Assembly: GCF_037042905.1 (NCBI RefSeq)
Contig: NC_087252.1
Location: 11,100,001 to 11,164,000, forward strand
Origin: Lytechinus pictus
Lineage: Eukaryota
DNA: 64,000 nt
Reading direction: 5' to 3'
The notes under the pieces are model-generated. The model was not told where the DNA came from, searched no databases, and saw nothing but the letters and a program-made list of their open reading frames with translations. How positions within the stretch are numbered: the first letter of the stretch is position 1; every line of letters starts with the position of its first letter. This document shows, piece after piece, positions 50,810 to 63,436 of this stretch. A program made the translations under genes and the position numbers.

Positions 50810-50981
50810 AGCCTTGGTTACATTCGCCGGCTCGTGGCCTTACGTCGAGTCAAAATTAGCAGTTTTAATCATCCTTGTACCAGCTACTACCAGCTACACG
50901 TGGGTGGTTTGTACAGGAATACCTAAAACTGCTGATTTTGTCTCGCCGTAAGGCAACCGGTCAAGGAATGTGACCAAGGTA
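50810..50981. mobile_element. Small palindromic MITE related to 18714-18867
   Basis: ccttggttacattc ... gaatgtgaccaagg between ttaa-like sites. Confidence 0.6.
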
Positions 50982-51322
50982 TTAATAATAATCGCTTAAT
51001 GTTGTGTTAGAGGGAAGGATTCTGGGTCGAATCTAGCTTTCTTTATGTGATCTCAAAATGGCAGCAATGTATGAATAGTGAAAGTAGTTCATGTGGCATC
51101 TCAATGTTGGTGGATATAAATCTTTGTACATGTATTATCCTAAAGATGAAATGTTACTGCATTATTCTAGCAGTCATTTATGATATCAAAGATGTTCTAT
51201 ACTGTGCATAGTACAACTCATACATAATAAAGGTATGTGAATATGCTTTTAACGTCTTTGCAAATTTGTGGGTTTTTTCACCCCTCTTTTCATTAGTCAA
51301 GATGTCAAAGTTGTTGTGCTGG

Positions 51323-52480
51323 ATCACAGGAAATTCTTACAAACTACTACGCCTAACAAACCAGTGCAGGACGGTGTCGTGAGAAAATCGCACAGACTAC
51401 TACAGGACAATACCATAGGATTGTCACAGGAAATCAACAAGAATATCCCTTCAGGATTACCACAGTAAAGTATCACAAGAAGGCTGCAGGATGAGACCAA
51501 TAATGCCACAGAAGATATCAAAGAACAGTATCACAGGAATACCACAGGCCAGTACTGCAGGAATTGTCCTGCGGTAAGGTCTCTTGGTATTCCTGCAGTA
51601 CTGTCCTGTAGTACTGTTCTGTAGTACTTTCCTGTGATACTGGTCTGCGGAATTCCTAAAGTACTGTCCTGTCATACTGTCCTGTGATACTATTTATCAC
51701 CACAGGATAGTATCACAGGAATACCAGACCAGTATCACAGGACAGTACTACAGGAATACCAGACCAGTATCACAGGACAGTACTACAGGAATACCAGACC
51801 AGTATCACAGGACAGTACTACAGGAATACCAGACCAGTATCACAGGACAGTACTACAGGACACAGTACCAGAAGCCTGCGGTATTCCTGCAGTACTGTCC
51901 TGTAGTACTGTTCTGTAGTACTTTCCTGTGATACTGGTCTGCGGAATTCCTAAAGTACTGTCCTGTCATACTGTCCTGTGATACTATTTATCACCACAGG
52001 ATAGTATCACAGGACAGTACTACAGGAATACCAGACCAGTATCACAGGACAGTACTACAGGACACAGTACCAGAAGCCTGCGGTACTCCTGTAGTACTGT
52101 CCTGCGATACTGTCCTGTAGTACTTCCCTGTGATACTGGTCTGCGGAATTCCTGTAGTACTGTCCTGTCATACTGTCCTGTCATACTATCATGTGATACT
52201 ATCCTGTGATATTCCTGTGATACTGTCCTGTAGTACTAGTAGTGGTGTGGTAGTGGTTGTAGCTGTTGTAGCGGTTGTGGTGATCGTGTCCTGTCATACT
52301 TCCTGCCATACTTATGCGGTTATTACCACAGGAAGTATCACAGGACACGGACCTGTTGTACTCCTGTTGTACATTTCTGTAGTACCGTCCCAAATTACGT
52401 GCACGTAATTCCTGCAGTACTTTCCTGCGATACTTCCTGCAGTACATATCACAGAGTACTACAGGAATTTTTTGTAAGGG
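51323..52480. repeat. Minisatellite element with a 35-bp tandem unit and orientation switches
   Basis: acaggaataccagaccagtatcacaggacagtact repeated ~4x at 51715-51855; ~130-bp direct duplication (51586 vs 51880). Confidence 0.8.
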
Positions 52481-52709
52481 TTTACTTGTACATTCCGATG
52501 ATACTGCTGTGTGCAGTTGTATTTTTGTCTTCAAGTATTTCTTGTCACAACGGGAGATAAATCTTTGTTCGCCAAACTTACTTGACTTGAACTCAATCCA
52601 CAAATGAAACAGGTGTCGGGGTGGGGAGGGGGGGGGGGTGGTGAAAGACACAATTTATACATTGAACTAGAAGTAATCTTCGTAAAGGATATTCATCTTT
52701 CATTATAAA

Positions 52710-52974
52710 CTGTTTCTGTTTCTGGTAATTACTCCCATAGGAACTCGACAGGACAGCGTTTTGTTGGTAAACGCAAAGCTGGTATGTAACCGATTACCTA
52801 GGAAACATTTTACGTCTAGGTAAATCAGTCATAATGGCCGACCTTATAGACGACAGATGGCTCTCGGGCCTTTTTATCCGCAAGTGGAGACAATGGCAGA
52901 GTGGGGATTCGAACTCACAACCTTGCGATTATATGTCCAATGACCAATGCTCTAACCACTGGACCACACGACCC
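52710..52974 (-). mobile_element. tRNA-derived SINE (copy 2 of the 27810 family)
   Basis: Colinear similarity to 27810-28065. Confidence 0.8.
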
Positions 52975-55900
52975 GTCGACACTTATCACAGGAGTTCTGA
53001 TGAGAAGACAGATGATATCATGACTGAACATGATATTTACGATTATGTGAACTTATCATGCCTGAGTCGACCACTGCAATAATTGCAATAATTCATCCAC
53101 CTTTATCTACTGCCTATCGCCTAGTCTGCTCAGCTTATGAAAAAAAAATACAGTATATTAAAACTGATAAAGAACTTACCTTAAATGGAGTAGGTTGAAA
53201 CAGTTATTTGAATAATGTACAATTTATTTCGGTACTTATTTGAATTGTCATAACTTTAACTGTTGTTGTTTTTATTTCCGTAAGATTAAAAATTTACATT
53301 TTTGCAAATAAAAATGTACAGTATATACAAGCAGGATAAAATTACGGCTGGTAGCCCAGAATTTCCAATTCGGAATAAAGATTACTGATTGTTTTTGCAA
53401 CGTTTCATTCCGAACGGTCGACTTGGTCAATGCGAAGAATTTTACTCTTAATCCTGATTATATTCATTAGAGTAGAATAGCTCTGTTGATTTCCACTGAA
53501 ACATAAATTGACTCTCAATCGTTATTGAGAGCACAAAACGAACAACAATCACCACCAAGATTTAATTGCCAACAATCAATGGTAAGGTGATACTATAATT
53601 CAATTCATTTATTTTCAATTCCGATAAGAAGAAATGTACAGAGAATTGCATGTGGGCATAATATCAGATTGTCAATACAAAAAAGAGACATTATAAAGAT
53701 ATACATGTAAACATGCTTATGTTACATAAAGTGATACAGAGATTTCAAGAAAAGGATGGAATTGAGGAATACTGCAAAAAAACACATTAAGTTTTTGTCG
53801 AGGCAGTAATGTCAACATTAGTTAGCTTCGCTGTACATGTTGTAAGGAATTATGTTAGCGAATGTTAGCGATACGGAAAATTAAACGGAAAATTGCCAAT
53901 TCGTCTACCGCCAACTAGTCCACTCACCGCATGGTATAATTTCATTTAGTCTAATGCCGTTCCATCCATCAATGTTTCGTCTAACAACCATTTGGTCCAA
54001 TCATCACTTCGTCTAATCACGATTTCGTCTATGACCGTTTCGTCTCATAACCAGCTGGTCTAATATCCATTTCATTTTCATTCACTTTGTACAATTACAA
54101 TTAGTCTAATTAGACCACATGGTATATGGACTAAATGGCTATATAATTGGTCCAACTGGTTATTAGACGAAATGGTGAGTGGACGAATTGGAAATTAGAT
54201 CATGTGGATAGTGGACGAACTGATGGTAGACCAAATGAGAGTAGACGAGTTGGCCGTTGGACGAATTGGAAATAAACCAATGAAACATGCAGTAAGCCAT
54301 GTGACAGGTATCGTGTTAGAAAAACAAAGCATATTGCATAAATAAGGACAAGCTACAAAAGTACAAATAAAAATAGGGGGAACCAGTGGCGGATCAAGGG
54401 GTTGGAGGCATCCCCCCTTTTGAGAGTCAAAGCCAACATCTTTTATGCAAATATATCATCAATACACAAGTGTACCCATCCCCCTTGAGATTTACGCCGT
54501 TCATAAAGTGAGGACTTTTTTTTCTTTTCTCTTTTGCTTGTCAAATTTTATGCGGGATCAAATGACCTTCTTTTTTTGTGAGTATTTAGTTTTTTGCTTG
54601 TCAAATTTTGCATACGGGAAAATGTGGTCCCCCTTTGGAAAATCCCGGATCCGCCTCTGGGGAAAACGGTGCACAGCATGCACAATTCACTAATATCGAG
54701 GCTACAATTATAAACAAAATAGAAAAATGACCAATGATAGATTATTAAAGAAAATAGAAAAAAAAGAAAACAATGCATATTTCATTAACAAAGCGAAGCT
54801 AATATCATAAACAAAGTAGAAGGAAAGCGCAGGACAGATCATATTGGATACGTGAAGCCAAGCGAGAAAGGAAAGTGCCGCCAACGACAAACCACTGCAT
54901 GCATGTAAAAGTAAAGCCAGGCAAGAGACTCGAGCGACCTCTATAACCAAGTGCTGAAAACAAAAGAATAGGGGAAAATAATGTTAGTATGCACACACAT
55001 TTTCATGAGAAGTTAAGGATGATTGGTGAATATAACCGGGCGATAGAGATAATATCTCCACGAGAACATTTGTCATAATGAATAAATTGATTAGTACAGC
55101 TAAATTAATTCTATGTCATCTCCAGAGCCCAGTAACAGATATTCCTGTAATTGAACGTAACAAAAACTCAAACGCATTTTAATCATGGATTTGTTAAACG
55201 TCATCGTCAAATTGTCTAATGATCTTATCAGAGATGTTAAGCGATTCAGAGGTAGGTAGTTTGGACTTGCGTTTCACTTATGTTTAGTTGCGCCTAAACT
55301 AAACTTCTTATCAAACCACACGCAAGACAGCTATACAAAAATCAAACACATATCACAACCAATACTGTACTACATGCAGGAAATGAATTCAAACCAAACA
55401 AGCTGATGAAAAAGAAAACAGGGGAAAACCTATACGAAGACCAGAGACAAACTTTTTGCTGAGCAAAAAAAAACCTTTCACAAATTATTTCTAGATTCAA
55501 AACACATGTGGAATCCAGAGTTGAAAATCACCTAGCGTGGTATTACTTCAGGCTAGTTTTGATATACCGATTCTCTAGGGAGGATGAGGTGATATGTCTT
55601 AGGAAATATGGAACATATTATGTCTTGGCTTCAACTAAACAATGTTTGCCTCTTATCATGCTTATGGAAATTGGCAACCTATACTAAGAGAACAATACGG
55701 ATATTCACGGGGAGGGGTGAGACTGATTTAAAAGTCCATGCAAGTTGATCTATAGGCCTAGTTCTACTATTTTGTGTTCATTCGTTTTGATGATATTCTT
55801 TTTCAAAAATATATCACGTCCACATATCTTTAAAAAAAAAATTATTGATACGACTCCTGAAACTACTATTGATTGTGTGTTTCTTTTGATATCTACAGAA

Positions 55901-56193
55901 GGTATGAAAATACTATCTTCTTTAGGAGTCAATGCTTTTGTTTTGTTGTTATTGTTGTTTATGATGGCGGTGTTTGTATCCTTATATGTGCTATATCTCA
56001 TTAAGTATTATTTTTTCTCTAAAATGTATTATTCTATTTCATTATAATATTTCTTTGACAGGCCTATTAAATTCATTATTTTTTCCCTCAATTTCTTTGC
56101 CTGGCCTATTAAATTCATTAATCTTTCTCATTAATTTTTTTGACTGACCGAATTCACTATTGTTTTTCATCAATTTCTTTGACGGGTCTGTTC

Positions 56194-56472
56194 TTACTTT
56201 TCCCCGTTCTCCGTTTTCGTGGTTACGTTCAACATCGAGCGTATGAACGAGCTGGTTCTAGGAGGGTTCTTCTTCTCCTTCTCCACGATCTCCTTCACTT
56301 CCTCGTAGTAGCCTACGATGTCGTGTACCTTCTTCCCGACATTCTTGGGCATCCCCTGTAGCTTATGCATCTGCGCCAACTCCTGCATCAGTTCGTCAAG
56401 GGCGGGAAGGATCTCTAACTTCTGGGTGAGTTCTGATTGGACATCGGCCAGCCGAGAGCTATAATCATCCAC
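56194..56472 (-). CDS. TRPC-like channel, last identified exon (coiled-coil-like tail)
   Basis: caag acceptor, phase 0 in frame with the previous exon; ends at TAA 56194 or at an overlapping aa|gtaag donor. Confidence 0.7.
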   Translation of the reverse strand: MDDYSSRLADVQSELTQKLEILPALDELMQELAQMHKLQGMPKNVGKKVHDIVGYYEEVKEIVEKEKKNPPRTSSFIRSMLNVTTKTENGEK

Positions 56473-57300
56473 CTTGAAATAGGGGGAGGGGGGAGGTAAG
56501 AGAAAAAATTGAAAAGTAAGATGAGTAAGGAATAAAGGGTATCATGTTCTTTTAATGACGGTTTATCATGAGTCGGTCAAACATCAAAAGGGAATAAATA
56601 TCATCGGACGCATGGGTTGAAAATAATAGGTTATTTTGAGAAGAAGGGGGAAGAGGTGGGCCAATGTACCTGAGGGGGCCGGGGGCATTGGGCACTCTTG
56701 GTGGTCATCATCATTGATTTATGTATGTCACAGCAACACCAATGAAACCGATATCAATCTGACCGACTATATGCCATTCAAAATAACGCAGTAGTTATTG
56801 CGTTACTTTGCGTTATTATGTATTGGTCTGGGGTTGGTTTTGTCGAAAAGTGGCAGATCAAGGTGGGGGCACATCCGGCCCGTGCCCCCCCCCCCGATTT
56901 AGGGGTTAAGGGGTATGTCACGCATATTAAAGCAGGTGAGGAACTTTTCTTTCTGTTTGTCAAATTTTTCCTGGAACAAATTGACCTTCATTTTATCAAT
57001 TTTGGTGTGAAAAACCCTTTTTTTGTTGCTTGTCAAATGTTCCCTGAACGGAAATGCCCCTCCTCTTTGGAAAATCTCGATCCGCCCATGTCGGCGATGT
57101 AACTCTACCATCATGCCCCATTCAGATTTTTTTTTATAAAAACAACTTCACGTATCATTCACAGGGTATTGCTTATTTCCATTCGTTTCATACCGTTTTC
57201 AGTCTAGTTTCTATGACAAGACTCATGTTTTGCTTATATTCTGTTTGTGGATATTTTTCAGAGTATATTGCCTTGTTATGAGTGCCCGTGTGAACCGTAC

Positions 57301-57433
57301 CTCATCCTTAATCTTGTCTGTTCGTGTGAACACTTCGTTTGCCTGGCAGGACTGACCGCTGATATCAGTGCTTTGCTGCTTCGTGCTGTCAAGTTCTTCG
57401 TTCATCTGACACAACTGCTTGAAGGTATCGTAT
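57301..57433 (-). CDS. TRPC-like channel exon (RYDTFKQL...KIKDE)
   Basis: ccag acceptor, gtacg donor, phases consistent with neighbours. Confidence 0.78.
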
Positions 57434-57612
57434 CTGGTATACAAGATGGCGATTAACCAAATGCAGAGAAAACAATTAAAAGTTGAATTCATAAAACAAT
57501 TAAGGTGCGGTGTCCAAAAGCAATTAGCAAAAGGATTTTTTGAGGACTTAAGATATTGTACCGATGATCAATACTGCAGATGAAAATGATTAATATATTA
57601 ATTGTAATTTTG

Positions 57613-57683
57613 ATGATGATGATGATCAGGGAGTTGGGAGTAAATCCCAACTCCCTGTGGTGATGATGATTATAATGATGATA

Positions 57684-57718
<35 letters not shown>

Positions 57719-57910
57719 AATGATGATGGTGATGATGATGAAGGTTATGCTGCTGCTGATGATGATAATGATGACGAAGACGATGACGACACTAATGGTG
57801 ATGATATCAATGACGAGGACGATGATGATGGTGACGATAATAATGATGATTATCATGATAATGATGATTATCATGATAAAGATGATGACTAAGATGATGA
57901 TGATGATGAT
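57613..57910. repeat. (GAT)n microsatellite
   Basis: Direct inspection. Confidence 0.9.
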
Positions 57911-57988
57911 AGTTTGATATACGCTCAAACATGACTGCGTCAAACTTCGGAAGGAAGATATTTCCCATAATCGACAACGACTACATAC

Positions 57989-58110
57989 CTTAATGAGACG
58001 ACATCGTTCCTTAGATTTCGGATGTCAGCCACGGTGATGTCTCCCTGCGCATTCGCTTCTTGGGCCGTCTGCTCAGCAATGAAACGTTCTACAAGCCGAC
58101 GCATGATCCG
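57989..58110 (-). CDS. TRPC-like channel exon (RIMRRLVERFI...DIRNLRNDVVSLR)
   Basis: Matches the TRPC rib/coiled-coil motif YQ.+MR.LV.R+ ... D+.SLR; canonical splice sites. Confidence 0.85.
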
Positions 58111-59174
58111 CTAAGCGTAAAACAATATGACACACACGTAACTTCTTTTAATTTTCATTGTAAAAGAAATCGAAACATGGTCAAATTTCTATTGGAGAAA
58201 TATCTAATCGAAGTTTCCTAAATAAGCCAAGAGCTATTAGGCCTAGACCTAATTACGATTGATAATGTTTGTTCTGAACTTGGCGAGTAGGCTAAATAGG
58301 GGTTTAACGATTTCAAATAAAAATCGAATCACTTCCCATAATCAAATTCACTGAGATTGTTTTATATCGTTTTTCTAGTATTGTAAATCGACTGTAAATA
58401 TTCAAATCCGATAATGGATTATCTTGTTTTGGTAATACTAAAATCGTAGGGTTGGGGCTGTTTAAACCGAGTTCGGGCAACTCTCGATATATTTTCAACA
58501 TGTGATGGCGCGTCTTCTTTTTTACATCCCAAACAATTATTGATTGGTACAGTTCGGTCAATTAAACTCGAGATGACTGGAAATGGCAGATACTAGCTGT
58601 TTCGTCTTGCAATTAAACAAACTAATATAAACCACTGCATCCTACAATATATGCCTGCTGAAAAGAAAACAGAGTCACATAGAAGATTTATTGAACTGAA
58701 CTAGGTGAAGACGTGGTTCACTCTGTCAAAATGACCAGGGGGATGTTTCACACAGATTGCCGACGCGTCCTCTTGGCATGATCTGACCAATGCGGTCATG
58801 CCTTTTACCGCATGCAACAGACATTAAAGTGCGACTCTAGTCATACTTAATTTTTTTTTCAATTCTGTTTTTATTGAAAAAAAAAATCACAATATTTACA
58901 AGAATTATGACTCTAGTCATACTTAAATCTTTGTGACACACCCCCCGGTTTAACAGTGTGAAAACAATTTACACTGCGGTCACAATCGACTGTGTGTGTG
59001 TTGGTGTTATCACACTGCGGACTATGTGGCGATGCTATTCACACTACTTGAGATGCTCAAAGTTTTGTGTTCAAGACCCACACACTATGAACGCACTGTG
59101 GTACACACTGTGGTACACACCGTGATACTCATTATGGGACACCGTGATAGTCATTATGGGACACCGTGTGTGAG

Positions 59175-59213
<39 letters not shown>

Positions 59214-59439
59214 ATGATGAACACAGAGGACTCACACAATGAACCGTGGTCTGGATTTACGTCTCGCTGTCTTACAAAGACTTGTTATATGACATGAAAT
59301 GCACAATTTCTATCACAAGTCTACTATTGGCCAGTCAAATACGACGTATTTCGGTAGCTTGAAGATGTTACTTAAAAATTATTATTTGGACACGTTTTAT
59401 GAAACGAGTTCCTGGTATATTTCGGGAATGCAATCGTAC

Positions 59440-59502
59440 CTGATAATTGGCTAAATCAACTCGTTTAAATGTTCTCTTTCTCAGCTGCAATTCATTCATA
59501 TT
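59440..59502 (-). CDS. TRPC-like channel 63-nt exon (NMNELQLRKRTFKRVDLANYQ)
   Basis: ttcag acceptor, cag|gtacg donor, phase 0-0; supplies the YQ preceding the next exon's motif. Confidence 0.75.
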
Positions 59503-59934
59503 CTGAAAGGAGAAAAAAAGGGAAGATAGAAAAAAAATTAAACAGTTAAATTCGGAGAACTGAATAAATAGACATGGACGGTGTAGAAATTATTTTATCA
59601 AACATGTTAATAAATTAATATTCCTTTGTTTTTTAAATATAACGAAAAGGAGCTTCACACTGACGTTTAATAGACAAAAGGGAAAAAAGGGAATTTTAAA
59701 CCGTACTTCCCCTCGAAAAAGGGAAAGAATATTTAGATATTCTAAGGGCTTTACCAATTACAAGAAAATTATAAAACATTAATTATAATAGGATGAATGA
59801 AAATTCCAAGTTGTACCATACAGCAATAGGCCTACAAAATGGCATTGTGCCGTTCAGGCAGGTATCATTTTCCCCCAAAAAAGCTCTCTGTTTATTGACA
59901 TTTCTAAACAACCTAATTTTATCATCATCCTTAC

Positions 59935-60123
59935 TATGGAACATTGGTCTATTTCTTTCTGGTTCTTTAGGTTACGACGCTTCCGCCGGCACAACCGAAG
60001 CCGTCGTCTAATGTTGCTGTAATCCGGCAGCAGATTGAATGGCGGTGGGACCGTTATGGTATCGTCAATGAAACTCATCCAAAGTTTGGTTCGGGCAAAT
60101 TTCCACTCCATGTCGGCATTCTC
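59935..60123 (-). CDS. TRPC-like channel exon with TRP box
   Basis: [18 protein letters not shown]...PPPFNLLP. Confidence 0.93.
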
Positions 60124-60946
60124 CTGTAGCAAATTATAAGAATAAAAGAATGAAATATGAATTTCTAAAACCACGCGTCGATGTAAAAACGGATGTACAC
60201 AAATATTGCACTTATATTCATCATGAATCAAGAAAAAAAATGAGGACCTTCTGATTAATTTTTTAATGTACTTACGGTATGCCATGTATGGAATTTCTTT
60301 TCAAAATTCCTTCATCTCTCGTATCATTTCCCACTTCAGTATCGATAATATACATAATCTTCTTTAAAATATCATTCGCACAGTAGTTTATTTTATAGGA
60401 TCGATCCTCGATAAGCTTGTAGCTGTTATTATATTAGCTCATCCACTTTCTTTAATTTAATTTCGTATTTATGTATCTAGTTGATTTATGAAATTCACCC
60501 GTTTCTTATTTGAAATTCGGCATCCACAATAGTCCAACTGATATTGCAATTCAATTGCTTTATATCACAAATTATTCCCTTCTGGATGTTATTCTTCTAT
60601 TAAGCGAACATAGAACGTTATGCAATTAACTTAAATCATGATAAGTATTTGAAATATAATTCTGCTGATTGATTTTGTTATTTTTTTGTTATTTTACAAC
60701 AAAAGTATTATCAATTGGTTTTATATGCTTTTTAAGTATTTTGTATTAGATGTTATTTCTGTAGTATTGCTTTATTTATGTTTCCTTGTGATTTTATCTC
60801 TAAAAGGTTGTACAATTCAGCTGCCAACTAGTCTTGAATAAAGGACTATCATTATTAAGGCACGCAAAGATATTATATCTCTAATACTACGTTCGAACAC
60901 TTTTCACGTGTAATATAAAATCATCAAAGAAATCAACCAATCTCAC

Positions 60947-61142
60947 CTCTACTTTGTTGAAGACGTTACTCATGACAGCAATAAGGGCGTTGAGTAGAAC
61001 CAAGACGGCGAAGATGTAAAACGAAGCGTAGAGAAGACCTCCTGCTCCTTCTATGACAGCCGGCATCCCCTCAAGGCTAAGGGACTTCCGGTCAATCAGA
61101 CCAAAAAGTGACCAGTAAAGACTCAGCATGCTGCGACCAAGA
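60947..61142 (-). CDS. TRPC-like channel exon, pore helix and S6
   Basis: SLYWSLFGLI ... LVLLNALIAVMSNVF; canonical splice sites. Confidence 0.92.
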
Positions 61143-61241
61143 CTGAAGGAGGAGAAGGGATATATTTGAAGACAAATCCACTGACTCAACAACAACAACA
61201 ACATACACAAACCACTGTAATCAAAGTTACACCTACAATAC

Positions 61242-61530
61242 GGTGGTAGCGTCGTGGTGTAGCGGTTCCAGAGGGTCGTGTGTTCGAATCCCACCATGGC
61301 GTAGCGTCCTTTGGCAAGGCGTCAATCCACAATTTGCCACTCTCCACCCAGGTATCAAATGGGTACCTGGTAGGATGCGAAAGCCTATGTAGTATGCCTA
61401 GCAATTTGGTCTTGGAACTCTTGTTGGAATGCAGGGAGTGGAGAAGGTGCATACATTGTATGCGGGCATCCAGGATCCGATGACTGAGGGGGGGGGGGGG
61501 TAACGATATATCTGTAAAGCGCTCAGAACA
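61242..61530 (+). mobile_element. tRNA-derived SINE
   Basis: gtggtgtagcgg, gttcgaatccc, ctccacccaggt..aatgggtacc, aaagcgctcagaac. Confidence 0.75.
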
Positions 61531-62056
61531 GTTTCACAATGTGAACACACTGTGGAAACCAGTGTGGTACCATCTTTCAAGTGTGGTTGTTAGGTGATAC
61601 AATAGCCTTTGAAACTGAATGATTTTTTTTTTTCTTCATGGAATGGAAAGATTTTATTCAAAATCAAACACGAAAGCAATTCAGTTTACAGAAAAATCAC
61701 GAAGCGAACATGTCTACAACTACTGTACATGTGTACCATTATCTAATGATTAAACAAAATTATGTTTTTTTACTGAGAACCCTTTCAATTTCATAATAGC
61801 TTTTCAATACGTTCTTAAAAGAGCTAAAAAAAAAAACAACCGATCGCTCTTACAATGTGACGAAAAAATAAAATATTTAGCGTGAAGAATATAACGGTTT
61901 AAAGTAGAGTATTGAGCCTCAGGACAACCAAACATAAATAAATTTTTATTCGAATACACGTCATTGTTCAGAAAAGAGGTTTGGAAGATTTGTATAAATT
62001 GAATGAATTCTTACTTTTTATAGAAGTAAGTTATATGAAACTGAATTAATTCTTAC

Positions 62057-62676
62057 TTTTTATAGAAGTAAATTTGTTGGCCGCAGCCATCGCCGGCGGG
62101 ATTCGCCTTGCATCTCTCTCCATCCTCCTCGCTGTAGATGTTATAGTTAAAGGTCATCGCAGAGGAGAAAGAAATGATGACACCGATGACGACGATGAAG
62201 AAAGTCGATGTCCCTTTCACCATGTCACTTACAGAGATGACCAGCTGGCCAAGGTACTCATTGGCAATCAGGTATGACATCATTCTCGAGAATGTGAGCA
62301 CCGTGACCACACTGAATATGGCATTGCCGATCAGGGATGGGTCGTTCCATTCCCTGGACAAGAAAGAGGATTCGCAGTGTGGAAGTGCAGTTGGCTGCGT
62401 TTCCGATAAGTTCACTTCTCCTGGAGCCATCGGCAAGGCAGTCGATGTCGTGCAGCCGCAACCGAGATCGTCAATGATGTCGCGGATGATGGTGTCAACG
62501 ACCTCCTGTGATTGGTCACTGAGGACGATTGACATGTCTTGGAGTTTGAATCTGGTGATGTCTTTGACTTTTACAGTGAAGTCATCAAGGACTTGAATAG
62601 CTTCCGGTTCTATGGTTGGTGTTTCGTTGACTGATTGGCGAAGAGATCGTACATACGGATTAGCTATGCATGTCCC
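62057..62676 (-). CDS. TRPC-like channel exon, long S3-S4 loop, S4 and S5
   Basis: SREWNDPSLIGNAIFS..VLTFSR..YL.ANEYLGQLVISVSDMV; acag acceptor, gtaag donor. Confidence 0.88.
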
Positions 62677-63290
62677 CTGTGCATCGAGGATAAGAAGATG
62701 AGAGGCGTAGCGAATAAATAATAATGATAATAATAAAAAAAATCGATTAATGTTTCACACCTTTACATTTTTTCCCTTCGGGATCTCTCTCTATGTACCC
62801 TAATTGCAAAAATCATCCATACACATAAGATATTATATCATCTTTGCTTGCTCGAAAATATAATTTCACTTATTCTACCCAAGAATTTAAACAAAAACAA
62901 ATGAACACCTTAACGTAATAACTTAAAGACTTTGTAATACCACACATGTACCAGTATGTACCAGTGCCCCCGTTGAATAGTAGCCATTTTGCCATTGGAC
63001 AGTTGGATGTTGATCTATAGCGTATTTTCTTTTTTCGATAAAATCAAATTTTAAAGATTAAATTGTACTTTCATACCAATTTAATGACATTGCATATTTG
63101 CAATTATGCATCAGATTTTATTCCATCTGTACACATTGTGAACCAACTATATGTATGATTACTTATGAATAAAAATGTGTTTTAGTGAAGAAAAAAAAGA
63201 ATTAGACCGAGTGGGTATAGACCACGTAAAGATTCAACGCACAGTTAGTGGGTACTTTTGTACAGGTATCGTCCGACTGTGCAAACTTAC

Positions 63291-63436
63291 CATTTCTTGA
63301 TAAATACTAACGAATGTCAGTACGAAGTAGGCAAAGAGCAGGACTGAAATCAACGTGTCTCTGAGATGCGTGAAGGATGACGTAATCTTCTTGATCCCCC
63401 ATAGATATGCCAGTTGAACCTCCTTCCAAGCTATCC
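63291..63436 (-). CDS. TRPC-like channel exon, S2-S3; gene continues beyond the window
   Basis: (G)IAWKEVQLAYLWGIKK...DTLISVLLFAYFVLTFV; ttag acceptor, gtaag donor in phase with the next exon. Confidence 0.8.

Noticed and set aside
51715..51855. CRISPR-like 35-bp repeats
   Set aside because: Contiguous tandem units without unique spacers, in a eukaryotic context
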